From positions 35,356 through 99,355 of IMG/VR virus record IMGVR_UViG_3300020050_009955: a DNA stretch of 64,000 nucleotides. The stretch is one strand, 5' to 3'. The translations under genes were made by a program, and so were the position numbers. The notes under the pieces were generated by a model. It was given only the letters and a program-made list of their open reading frames with translations, was not told the origin of the DNA and did not search any database. Shown here in pieces: positions 35,330 through 44,564 of this stretch; positions within the stretch are counted from its first letter, which is position 1, and each line of letters opens with the position of its first letter. The DNA comes from a virus (lineage: Duplodnaviria > Caudoviricetes).

Positions 35330-37156
35330 CTAATATTCGAGTATTCTCGAATGTTTAAAGTTATCTACCATCATCAGGATTTGCGATGAGGAGAATCTAG
35401 ATTTTAATATGTGCCAATATATCATGGCTTGTTGTGGATCTTTAGGATTAAAAACAGGTAATCCATAAACATATTCTGATCCTCGTGGTGGCCCATAATA
35501 GACACCTATTCCTTCTATTACTGCCGGTTTATGAGTGACAATAACGTAGTCCGAACAATAGTAGGCAGCACTAGATGCGAATAGGTCATTCTTATTAGGA
35601 TACTGTAACATAGGATTTGTAATTCTTTCCGATTTTTCAATATCTCGGTTGAGCTGGGATAATACTATAAAGATACACTTTAAATTGATAGTCTCAAAAT
35701 ATTTTTTTAATTGTATTAGAGTCTTATAAAGTTTATCTATTATTTGTTTCTCAGCATCTTCATTAACAGCTCCTTTAACAAGCAAACTATGGTCGAAAGT
35801 ACATACAAAACCTTTTCCTTTGGAAGCTAGTTGATTTTCTTGTACAAAGTTTAAAATCGTACTGACTATCTCTTCCACAGTGCCTACATCATCTACGATG
35901 TATATAGGATAATATTTCATTTTGTCCGCCTCTGTGCTTATTTTGGTGTACTGTGCATCTGTTAATTTAGATCCCGCAGAATACAATTCTTTTGTAGACA
36001 ATTCAACCTTAGACGATATGTCTCTAGCTACTTGATCTACACCTAGCATTTCCATCTCGAAAGATAAGATATCAAATTCCTGATCCTTGTTATAGTCCAC
36101 TATATCACGTTTGATCTGAGAGAGCATTAAGCTCTTTCCTGAGTTATGTACTACGATTCCATTAGCAATAAAATTATTGTAAGGAGCATTACACATAATA
36201 TCATATGTTTCTTCTACTCCACACGATTCAATTGATATAATTTTATCGTATTCAATAGTATACATATTATTCCTTAGTATTAAATGCTCTAGAGCATGTT
36301 CTTTCTTTGAAAGCAACTCTAAGTTATCAATAGAATTATTAGAAGTATTTCCATCTTTATGGTGAATTTCCATAGAACTATCTGAAAATATAAGATTTGA
36401 AGGATTATTAATACATTCTATTAGAAAGTCCTTTATATTTGTAAAACCGTTTAAATAGGCATCATACACAGCACGTTGTTCTAAACATTCTGCATAAACA
36501 TTATTATTTATAATTTTTAATCGAGCATTCGGATAATTAAAAAACTTTCCTGTAATACTTTTTCTATAATGACTCTTTTTAGGTTTTATTTTACTTTTGA
36601 ATCTAGATACTAAAAGATCTCCAATATGTAAATCAGATAGTGATTTATAGTGTTCTTCTGATTTATTTCCTATATGTGTTAAAAATTTATGATCTTTAGT
36701 AGCCTTTATTTTTTTACCAGATTCTGTAGTAATTTCAAATACTTCCTTCTTTCCGCTAAAAATAACAGCATTAATTTGTGTTTTCCCAATTGTATTTAAA
36801 TCTTCTTTATAACATTTGATATAAGATGGAATTTTTTTATTCCATTTACCATTTCCAGTAAATAAAAGATTATATTTTTCATATAATTCTTTTATCGTAT
36901 ACTTTCTAGAACTACTTCTTTTTCCTCTATTAACTTCAATAATAGTATCTGCAGATAGACATCCTGATAATCCGGCAATGGTTATAATTCTATTCCACTC
37001 CAAGCCTTCAAATAGGGCATCATTTAGTTTTTTAAACGAAGTTTTTAAAGAGGGTGCTTCACCCTTCATTCTTTTCTTTATAAATACTTTAGCATCATCT
37101 ATTTTTTTAGAATAATGAGCCACTGGTAAACTCGGCTTAAATGAATTCTTTTCCAT
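35330..37156 (-). CDS. dnaB: DnaB-like replicative helicase with an intein
   Basis: IAGLSG|SGKS Walker A after intein removal, SFEM, DH, SQLNR, DL..S and ILKSR motifs. Confidence 0.9.
   Translation of the reverse strand: MEKNSFKPSLPVAHYSKKIDDAKVFIKKRMKGEAPSLKTSFKKLNDALFEGLEWNRIITIAGLSGCLSADTIIEVNRGKRSSSRKYTIKELYEKYNLLFTGNGKWNKKIPSYIKCYKEDLNTIGKTQINAVIFSGKKEVFEITTESGKKIKATKDHKFLTHIGNKSEEHYKSLSDLHIGDLLVSRFKSKIKPKKSHYRKSITGKFFNYPNARLKIINNNVYAECLEQRAVYDAYLNGFTNIKDFLIECINNPSNLIFSDSSMEIHHKDGNTSNNSIDNLELLSKKEHALEHLILRNNMYTIEYDKIISIESCGVEETYDIMCNAPYNNFIANGIVVHNSGKSLMLSQIKRDIVDYNKDQEFDILSFEMEMLGVDQVARDISSKVELSTKELYSAGSKLTDAQYTKISTEADKMKYYPIYIVDDVGTVEEIVSTILNFVQENQLASKGKGFVCTFDHSLLVKGAVNEDAEKQIIDKLYKTLIQLKKYFETINLKCIFIVLSQLNRDIEKSERITNPMLQYPNKNDLFASSAAYYCSDYVIVTHKPAVIEGIGVYYGPPRGSEYVYGLPVFNPKDPQQAMIYWHILKSRFSSSQILMMVDNFKHSRILEY
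36143..36961 (-). mobile_element. Intein (273 aa) with an HNH endonuclease, inserted in the DnaB P-loop
   Basis: Starts CLSADT, has block B ATKDHKF, ends YDI...NFIANGIVVHN and is followed by Ser. Internal EIHHKDGNTSNNSIDNLELL..EH. Confidence 0.93.
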
Positions 37157-37703
37157 ATTCTGAGAATGTTGTATTATTTTCAGATATAGAAGAACTCAAT
37201 AGATATGTTTCGTTAGTCAACCATGTAACTGGTGACTGTAGATATGATAACTGATTCTCTTTAACGGAATTCTTTTTTCTAAAATCTACTTCTTTTTGTA
37301 AAGCAAGTAGTAAAAATTCTGGTGTTACTGCCTTTTTATTTACGGCATTCATATATAGAGCTTTAGCTTTAGCTTTTGATCCAGTTCTAATTAATCTTCT
37401 AGCTCCGTAATTACCGTGAGCATCGTTAGCTGGAAAGTTATTCCACCAGTTTTCAAATTCGGTATCAATATTATCATTGTTTTTTTCTGTAAAGAATATC
37501 TCTTTACATAATTGAGTACCTTCTCTAGTAATGTTCCGTGAAGCTGTTAAAAATTTATTTAAGATTAGTTGGTCATATTCCTCAGCAGCAGGTCTATAAT
37601 GAGTTAGTGATTTTGTTCCTGTACATTTACAGTACAATATCAAAGCTTGATCTAATGTCAAATTGTATAGAATTATCTTATCTAAGATAAATTCGTCAAT
37701 CAT
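37137..37703 (-). CDS. Putative replication initiator / helicase-loader-like protein
   Basis: FENWWNNFP...KAKAKALY...TWLTNE pattern of phage replication-protein C-terminal domains; adjacent to dnaB. Confidence 0.55.
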   Translation of the reverse strand: MIDEFILDKIILYNLTLDQALILYCKCTGTKSLTHYRPAAEEYDQLILNKFLTASRNITREGTQLCKEIFFTEKNNDNIDTEFENWWNNFPANDAHGNYGARRLIRTGSKAKAKALYMNAVNKKAVTPEFLLLALQKEVDFRKKNSVKENQLSYLQSPVTWLTNETYLLSSSISENNTTFSEYGKEFI

Positions 37704-37730
37704 GTATTTGTATTATAATTGTATTTTCGG

Positions 37731-38750
37731 TTAAAGTATCAATTTTGTTTGAATATTTTTTAGAGGAATAATACCTTCTTTCAATAGTTCATAAACACGT
37801 TTTGAAGCCTTATAAGCTAGCACTTCTGGAGGATGGTCTTTAGAAATATCATCTACTGTAGATATAATTTGTGCTTCATTTTTATTTTTATATACTTTAT
37901 AAATAGCATATCCTCGACCATTTGTGCTAACATTTATATAAATATCTTGTATTGGATGTTTAATTATGACTTCATTTTTAGGATCATGTGAAGATAAAGC
38001 ACATATCCTGCAATATATTTTAGGCTTGTATTGCTCTATAGGATTGTCTGTAAATTGTGTTAAATCATTAATTAATTCTGTGCCACATACTTCGCAGTTG
38101 GGTCTATCTATCAGGTTTCTACATCCAGGATACTTTTTATAGAAACAAGCAGGACATGCATGTTTACCTTTTGTATGTAAAGTACATCTAGAGTTATATT
38201 CATGATTAGCTATAGGATATCTGTTACTACAATTTGTACAAGTATCTGTATAGCCAATATGATTTGTCAATGTGGTGTTGTGACTTAACAAATAATCGTT
38301 GCATCTATCACAAACTTTAACAATACCTCCATAACTATGTAAGGAATCTCCTGAAGGAATTTCTAAATCCCATGGGACACCTATAAACGAGTTTGCACAG
38401 AATATACAACAGTCTGATTTCTTTCCACCTTCTAGATAATCAAATTTGTCTACGGGTAGGAAAAATAATTCTGAATAATCTCTTAGATTTTGTAATCTTT
38501 TCTTTTCCACATTAAAATTTAATTCTATTTGTCCCCGCACTAAATGATTTTCAATAGCATTATGACAATCTAAACATTTGAATGTATTCTGCTCTGGACC
38601 ATTATCGGAGCTGGTAAAAGGCATACTATCATGCTCCATCCCACAGAATACGCAAAACATTGCATCTGGACCGTCTGGAAAATAACGATCGATATCTTCA
38701 GGAATTACATTATCCTGAAGATATTTTTCTAATCTATGTGATAAAGTCAT
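37731..38750 (-). CDS. Multi-CxxC zinc-finger protein (339 aa)
   Basis: About eight CxxC pairs. Confidence 0.7.
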   Translation of the reverse strand: MTLSHRLEKYLQDNVIPEDIDRYFPDGPDAMFCVFCGMEHDSMPFTSSDNGPEQNTFKCLDCHNAIENHLVRGQIELNFNVEKKRLQNLRDYSELFFLPVDKFDYLEGGKKSDCCIFCANSFIGVPWDLEIPSGDSLHSYGGIVKVCDRCNDYLLSHNTTLTNHIGYTDTCTNCSNRYPIANHEYNSRCTLHTKGKHACPACFYKKYPGCRNLIDRPNCEVCGTELINDLTQFTDNPIEQYKPKIYCRICALSSHDPKNEVIIKHPIQDIYINVSTNGRGYAIYKVYKNKNEAQIISTVDDISKDHPPEVLAYKASKRVYELLKEGIIPLKNIQTKLIL

Positions 38751-39939
38751 GCTTAATAGAATTTACCCATTGTGAAGAAATATTTTTAGTACGATTAGTA
38801 ACCCAAATCATTTCTTGTGTATTATCACAAGCTAGATTTATCATTACAGGTGTTTTACCTTCTTTGTATCTGTTAATACGTCCTATCATTTGTATACCAA
38901 CTAATTCTGTTGAAACCCCAGATGCACATATTGCAGCATCCAAGTCTGGTAAGTTATATCCTACATTTAAAGCTTCAGCAGATACTAAAACTTTATACTT
39001 AGGGTCTGAAATAGTGGCTAAAACTGCAGCCCTATCGTTATCTTTCATATTAGAGTGGTACGCTAGTGTAAGAATACCTTCAGAATTCAGCATTTGTGCT
39101 AAATCTTCTACAAATTTAATTTCTTTTGAAAATACTATCCATTTTTTATCTGGAAACTTTTTTATTAAATCAATGCATACTTTCTTTTTAGATTCTGCTC
39201 TATAGCAAACCCATTTACGCATAGACATTGATGACCAGTAAGCTTTTCCTACTTTGTGTAATGGATGATTAACCGCTCTAGAAGCATCTGCAGCTAAATC
39301 AAATACATCCATATCTTGATATAGAGTATTATTTTTAATTGTTTGTGCTAATTCGATTCTAGCTTTCTCAAACATCTTATTATATATAACGTATCTTGCA
39401 CGTTCTCCAGCATTAAGTTTAACTTTTAAATTAAACACTTGGAAAGCAGGAACAATTTCTTGTGCTACACATTCAGCTAGAGATATACTAAAGAATACTG
39501 GAAGACGTTCTAATAGAACATCTAAATGATGTTCGTTATGCTCTGGTAGAGTTGCTGTTAAGCCTAACATATAGTCACAAGGAATATCTAAAACTTTCCC
39601 ATGAACATCAGATAAAGCCATATGGACTTCATCTATAATAATAAGATCATAATGATCTTCAAATTTATATGCAGTTTGTTTGCATTCAATTGTAATATTT
39701 AACTTTCCTAAGCCGAGTAATTTAATTTCAGCTGGCCAACTATCATCTTTAAGAACCGTAGTAGGAGTAACTATTAAGCAAGACTTAATATCTTTAGACT
39801 TAAATAAGTTTTCAGCAATCTGTAAAGCTACTCTAGTCTTACCAACTCCTGTTGGAAGCACAATAGTACTCCTACTAGGTTTCTCTTTAATGTATTTGGT
39901 AATAATTTTTTCTTGTAATTCGGATTTCTTATCCATCAT
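38734..39939 (-). CDS. Superfamily 2 (DEAD/H-like) helicase; likely start at MMDKK, 39939
   Basis: PTGVGKT, DEVH, GLTAT, VGYNLPDL and QMIGRINR. Confidence 0.9.
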   Translation of the reverse strand: MMDKKSELQEKIITKYIKEKPSRSTIVLPTGVGKTRVALQIAENLFKSKDIKSCLIVTPTTVLKDDSWPAEIKLLGLGKLNITIECKQTAYKFEDHYDLIIIDEVHMALSDVHGKVLDIPCDYMLGLTATLPEHNEHHLDVLLERLPVFFSISLAECVAQEIVPAFQVFNLKVKLNAGERARYVIYNKMFEKARIELAQTIKNNTLYQDMDVFDLAADASRAVNHPLHKVGKAYWSSMSMRKWVCYRAESKKKVCIDLIKKFPDKKWIVFSKEIKFVEDLAQMLNSEGILTLAYHSNMKDNDRAAVLATISDPKYKVLVSAEALNVGYNLPDLDAAICASGVSTELVGIQMIGRINRYKEGKTPVMINLACDNTQEMIWVTNRTKNISSQWVNSIKHDFIT

Positions 39940-40708
39940 AGTCATTAATACATGTATCGCATATACCCATTTCAATGTGAGCGAAATTAGAGTTACATAC
40001 AGTACATATAGTATATTCGGATTCGTGTTCTTCACAAATACCATTTGCATTTGCAGTATTATGACATCGAGGAATTATACATTCTGGCGGCCTATTTCTA
40101 GCAGCACAATTTTCACAATATCCTCTAAAATCTGTGTAAATTTTCATACAAATATCCCCACAATTAGTACAGATAACTGATTCTTTACAAATATCACATT
40201 CTGCAGAGTTGTCATCGCTATAAAAGAAACTACCACATTTTACACATCTTTTTGTACAAAGCCTGCATGTAGATTGTTCTGGAGAACTTGGTAAAAATAT
40301 CTCCTGACAAGATTCACAAGTATCCAAATCAGTTTGATTTGCATTGCAACAATCTTCACAAATTGTTCTACCATTAAATGGTACTTGTAACGTGTATTTT
40401 ACACCACAATTATCACAAGTATGCAAATCTTCTTGTTTTTGTAAATCTAAATTTCTTTTAAAGGCTAAACAATCTTCACATAATAGTGAACCTTTGTATT
40501 CATGTAAAGATTCGTAAGGATAATGAACAGATTTGCTACAATTATCACAAACTTTTGAGCAAGTTTCACACACTTCTCCAGCTATTGGTACTATTGAAGT
40601 ATGACATATAGGACATCTAAATTTAGGACAATCCGGACTTGTACATTTACCGATAGTATGAGATTCGCAATTGTCACCCAATTCACAATGGAAACTGGGT
40701 GTCGTTAG
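39929..40708 (-). CDS. Poly-CxxC zinc-ribbon domain, probably translated as a -1 frameshift extension of the upstream membrane protein
   Basis: More than 15 CxxC pairs. The frame opens at the GGGAAAC slippery site and has no N-terminal ATG, only an internal TTG at 40681. Confidence 0.75.
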   Translation of the reverse strand, partial: LTTPSFHCELGDNCESHTIGKCTSPDCPKFRCPICHTSIVPIAGEVCETCSKVCDNCSKSVHYPYESLHEYKGSLLCEDCLAFKRNLDLQKQEDLHTCDNCGVKYTLQVPFNGRTICEDCCNANQTDLDTCESCQEIFLPSSPEQSTCRLCTKRCVKCGSFFYSDDNSAECDICKESVICTNCGDICMKIYTDFRGYCENCAARNRPPECIIPRCHNTANANGICEEHESEYTICTVCNSNFAHIEMGICDTCINDYDG

Positions 40709-40714
40709 TTTCCC
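40670..40714 (-). other. Predicted -1 programmed ribosomal frameshift signal
   Basis: G_GGA_AAC directly before the TAA, a 6-nt spacer, then a 10-bp stem-loop CACCCAGTTT/GAATTGGGTG. Confidence 0.75.
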
Positions 40715-41754
40715 ACTTCAGCTATCTTTGGTAAAGTAAGACCAAAACCTTCACCATTTCTAGTCGAAGCTGCAAATAGGTTATAAATCTTCTTACGCAA
40801 TTCTATTTTCTCTGCTTTTTTAGCGTCTGCAGCAAGTTTATAAGAAGTCCTATCAAATTCTTCAATCTTTTCAACCATTGCTGCAATATTAGAACTTAAA
40901 CGAGCTTTTGCTCCAGTTTCTAATGCATTGTGAATATTGTGTGCAGCTGTAATTTTAGACTTCTCTACATCTTCAGCTAAAGAACCATTTGAGTATCTCT
41001 TGACAAGCTTTGTAATAGGATCTTTACTATCCTTAGAATTATCGTTCTTATTTTTATCTCCTTTATCTTCTTTCTTATCTTCTTTTTTAGCTTCTTTCTT
41101 ATTGTAAATTATAAAAGCTCCATCCAGTACAACTAGAAAATAGTGAGCAAATGTTACATAGATTGAAGTAATCATAGGGTATTGCATAGCACCAGACGGT
41201 GAGAACATTGGCGATAACCCTATACTTTGATAATATGACGACATGTCATTAAATGGATTTAAATCCAAGATGTATAAACTTAATAATTGAGTCTGTTTTA
41301 GACCATTTGCAATTAGCAATACATTTATATATGGTAGCGCGATTGTTCCGAATACTGCCATAATAAATATAAACAAGGTAGCTGCTCGCTTTTTATTCTC
41401 TTTAGCAAATAAATCTGCAAAGAATGTTGGTAACATCAAACCACAAGTTATGGCAGCAATTGCTATAACCATATGGGACAATATCCTAGCTAGAGGATTC
41501 ACTTGTACTTCTCCTGAAGGAGTAATTGAAGCAGCCATAAGAGCTTCAGCAAAATTTATTATAAAACAAGTTATAATAAATACAGAAACTTTCTCTCTAA
41601 GAAACAAGTTATTCACTATGTCTCCGAAAGTAAGTTCTGGATTCTTTTTTATTAGTGTTCTAGCCCACCATATAACGCCAAGTAGCATAGCTAAACCTAG
41701 CATGATGATAGTGGAATAACTGGTCACTACACCTTGAACATCTTGATTATCCAT
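40705..41754 (-). CDS. Multi-pass membrane protein (about 5 TM segments) with a charged C-terminal domain
   Basis: Several 20-aa hydrophobic stretches, then a KKEDKK linker and a helical tail. Confidence 0.75.
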   Translation of the reverse strand: MDNQDVQGVVTSYSTIIMLGLAMLLGVIWWARTLIKKNPELTFGDIVNNLFLREKVSVFIITCFIINFAEALMAASITPSGEVQVNPLARILSHMVIAIAAITCGLMLPTFFADLFAKENKKRAATLFIFIMAVFGTIALPYINVLLIANGLKQTQLLSLYILDLNPFNDMSSYYQSIGLSPMFSPSGAMQYPMITSIYVTFAHYFLVVLDGAFIIYNKKEAKKEDKKEDKGDKNKNDNSKDSKDPITKLVKRYSNGSLAEDVEKSKITAAHNIHNALETGAKARLSSNIAAMVEKIEEFDRTSYKLAADAKKAEKIELRKKIYNLFAASTRNGEGFGLTLPKIAEVGN

Positions 41755-41762
41755 TGTGAATG

Positions 41763-43721
41763 TTATTTAATTAAAAATTCAGAAATTTTTGGTACTGCAG
41801 TCATAGGCAGTTTTTTTACGAATACTTTTCCAGCATTCTCCATAGAGCGCTTTAATATTTTAGAAACTCTATTACTAATAGAAATGTCACACTCAACATT
41901 TATTTCATCATGGACTATATTGACGATATATGCTCTATTTGACCAGCCTAGTTTTTCCATTTCTTTGTCAAATAATACGGCAGCCAATTTTGTCATAGAA
42001 CCACCAGTCCCTTGTATTCTAAAGTTTTGTGCATCTCTTTCATACCCACCTTTTAACTTAAAATAAGTACTCCACACTTTAGACGGAATCTTATACGACG
42101 GGTGAAGAAGTAAAGAATTATTTATAAATTGCTCTACATTTTTAAATTCATTGTAATCTTGTAAATATGATCTTCTTTTTGTTACACTATCTATTAAATG
42201 ATACCCTTTAGATAATGCAAACTTTTGTTGTTTTTCAAAATATAGTTTAAGAGCAGGATATGATGTGAAAAACATATTAATCCACTCTTGAGCTTGTTTC
42301 ATAGAAACTTGTGCAGAGTCTGAAATTTTATGAGCAGATGCGCCGTAAGCTATTGCAAAATTTAACATCTTAGCAATAGGTCTATTTTGTGATGTTACTT
42401 CACCAAACATTTTTACAGCAGTGAAGCTATGGAAATCCCCATCACCATTTATAACAAAATCTATCATACTTTCTTCATTAGCATATTCTGCTAATATACG
42501 ACTTTCTTGTGAAGAATAATCACAAACGATAAATGTTTTGTTTTTCTCTGCTACAAAGCATGCTCTAAACTCTTCAGTTGCAGGAATATTCTGCATATTA
42601 GGATCAGAAGAAGATACTCTACCAGTGTTGAGTATTTGATAAATATCAGTATGAACTCTTTTAGATATAGGATTAACATTCGTTAAGAACTTAAATCCGT
42701 ATGTGTTTACTGCAGTTTGTAATTTTTTGTAAGATAGATAGATAGGTAAAATATCGTATTTAGATTTATACTTACCTACATGTGCTTTACCTACAGTATT
42801 TTTATACACAATTTCTTGACCTATAGAATTCTTTTTATCAATAATCTGAATTGGTATATCTAATTCTTTAAACAAAGGTACGATTTGTTTGGAACTATTC
42901 CAATTAATTCCTAAGTAATGTTCTAAATTATTATCAATTAAATAACGGTTTAGTTGGTATTCTGTATCTGCTAATTGTTTTTTATTTTTGGCTAATAAAT
43001 CTAGCCATTTTTGAGGATCTAATTTGATACCTCTTAATTCCCATCTAGCTACAACCTTAGTAAAATTGTTTTCAAGGCTAACTGTTTTAGTTAGTTGATT
43101 TTCTTTAACTTTCTTTAATATCTTAGGATATGCTAATGACGGTATAACAACGTCTGCAGCAGAATACTTAATTAACTCTAAAGTAAGATCATCATAAGCA
43201 AGCTTTTCATAATCTTTTACCGTATTCTTTGATACATAATTTTCGAATAAGCTTAATTGCTTCGAATTTAAATTTAAATTTAGATATTTTTCTGAGATGG
43301 CTGCTAATGACCACGAAGCTTTTAAACCACAATTCAACACAGCTTCAGCTAAACCTATATCATATATATTTTCTAATTCTACACCTAAATGATGTTTAAT
43401 CATTTTAAAATCAAACTTAAGATTTACTCCTAGTTTAATAATAGATTTAGAAGTTAGAATTTTAGATATAAGTCCTATGTTAACATATCTAGTATCTATT
43501 ACGAACTGTTGATTCTCATCACCAATCTGTAATGATATTAGCATAGAAGTATACGGATCTAAACCAGATCCTATTCCTACATATAGTGGATGTACCGAGG
43601 TCTCAGTATCTACAGTAACTACCTTACATTTTCTAAGATAAGAATATGCTTGATTAATTGTAACATTTTCTACACCTTCTACTGAATAAGGAGCTATTAA
43701 TTTTATTTTGGATAAATCCAT
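41763..43721 (-). CDS. polA: DNA polymerase family A with a 3'-5' exonuclease domain
   Basis: VDTET, NLKFD, YSAADV, TGRVSS.DPNMQNIP, DYSSQESR, K..NFAIAYG, NFRIQG and VHDEI. Confidence 0.95.
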   Translation of the reverse strand: MDLSKIKLIAPYSVEGVENVTINQAYSYLRKCKVVTVDTETSVHPLYVGIGSGLDPYTSMLISLQIGDENQQFVIDTRYVNIGLISKILTSKSIIKLGVNLKFDFKMIKHHLGVELENIYDIGLAEAVLNCGLKASWSLAAISEKYLNLNLNSKQLSLFENYVSKNTVKDYEKLAYDDLTLELIKYSAADVVIPSLAYPKILKKVKENQLTKTVSLENNFTKVVARWELRGIKLDPQKWLDLLAKNKKQLADTEYQLNRYLIDNNLEHYLGINWNSSKQIVPLFKELDIPIQIIDKKNSIGQEIVYKNTVGKAHVGKYKSKYDILPIYLSYKKLQTAVNTYGFKFLTNVNPISKRVHTDIYQILNTGRVSSSDPNMQNIPATEEFRACFVAEKNKTFIVCDYSSQESRILAEYANEESMIDFVINGDGDFHSFTAVKMFGEVTSQNRPIAKMLNFAIAYGASAHKISDSAQVSMKQAQEWINMFFTSYPALKLYFEKQQKFALSKGYHLIDSVTKRRSYLQDYNEFKNVEQFINNSLLLHPSYKIPSKVWSTYFKLKGGYERDAQNFRIQGTGGSMTKLAAVLFDKEMEKLGWSNRAYIVNIVHDEINVECDISISNRVSKILKRSMENAGKVFVKKLPMTAVPKISEFLIK

Positions 43722-43748
43722 TAAGAATGATTAAAACATCATCTTCGG

Positions 43749-44138
43749 TTAAATGTCTTCAGCTAAAATTCTTTCGACATTTCTATAACGTATTCTTGTT
43801 AAAAGTTGGTATGAACTAATAGTTCCTGGGTTTATGGTAAATTTCTTACCATTCTTCTCTCCAGTCTCAATAATGCCTATATTTAGTAAGGCTTGACCAA
43901 AATGAGTTTTTGGGTTATCTTCTAGGTATTTGGTTAGAAATTGTAATATTTCATTGTTACATTCAACAATGGTAGATTTCTGTTTTTTGGGATGACTCTC
44001 TTCCTTTTTGGATGGCTTCATTATCATATAAACAATTAGTACGATAAGTAGCATTCCTAAGAAGTAAATAATCATCTCAGGATTTTCGTTTGCCCACATT
44101 TTAAGTTTTTCCATAATTATTGTTTTTGAATTTCCCAA
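43749..44138 (-). CDS. Single-pass membrane protein
   Basis: N-terminal TM segment IIYFLGMLLIVLIVYMI. Confidence 0.6.
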   Translation of the reverse strand: MGNSKTIIMEKLKMWANENPEMIIYFLGMLLIVLIVYMIMKPSKKEESHPKKQKSTIVECNNEILQFLTKYLEDNPKTHFGQALLNIGIIETGEKNGKKFTINPGTISSYQLLTRIRYRNVERILAEDI

Positions 44139-44563
44139 TTACCAGAAGGGATCTCTGGAAAAGACCCTTTAGGAGATTGATTAATTACGTTAAGAAGTCT
44201 ATTACCGGCTATATAAATAAAAGCTTTTTTGCCTTCACTAATAAAATAAGAATGTAAATCAAATAAATTGTTTTCTCTTGTGTCGTTATAGCCTTCTAAA
44301 ATATTAATTGTATTTAATACTAATCTTGTAACTTTATACAATTCTCCATGTATTTCTGGACCGTTTTCATCAAATACTAATGCTGGATATTGATTGTATA
44401 TATTCAATAGCTTAAACGTTCCTTGACGTATTGTTGTTTCTTCAATAAATTCAGATCCTTTTACATCTAGATATCTGTGATTACTACCACCTCTTTTTAA
44501 AGTTCCGTAAACAAATACGAAGATATCCTCTTCTTGTTCTTGTTTGTTTTTCTTTTTAGGCAT
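44117..44563 (-). CDS. Gamma-glutamylcyclotransferase (AIG2/GGACT-like)
   Basis: VFVYGTLKRG..NH, YPAL, GELY and LEGY. Confidence 0.9.
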   Translation of the reverse strand: MPKKKNKQEQEEDIFVFVYGTLKRGGSNHRYLDVKGSEFIEETTIRQGTFKLLNIYNQYPALVFDENGPEIHGELYKVTRLVLNTINILEGYNDTRENNLFDLHSYFISEGKKAFIYIAGNRLLNVINQSPKGSFPEIPSGNWEIQKQ

Positions 44564-44564
44564 A

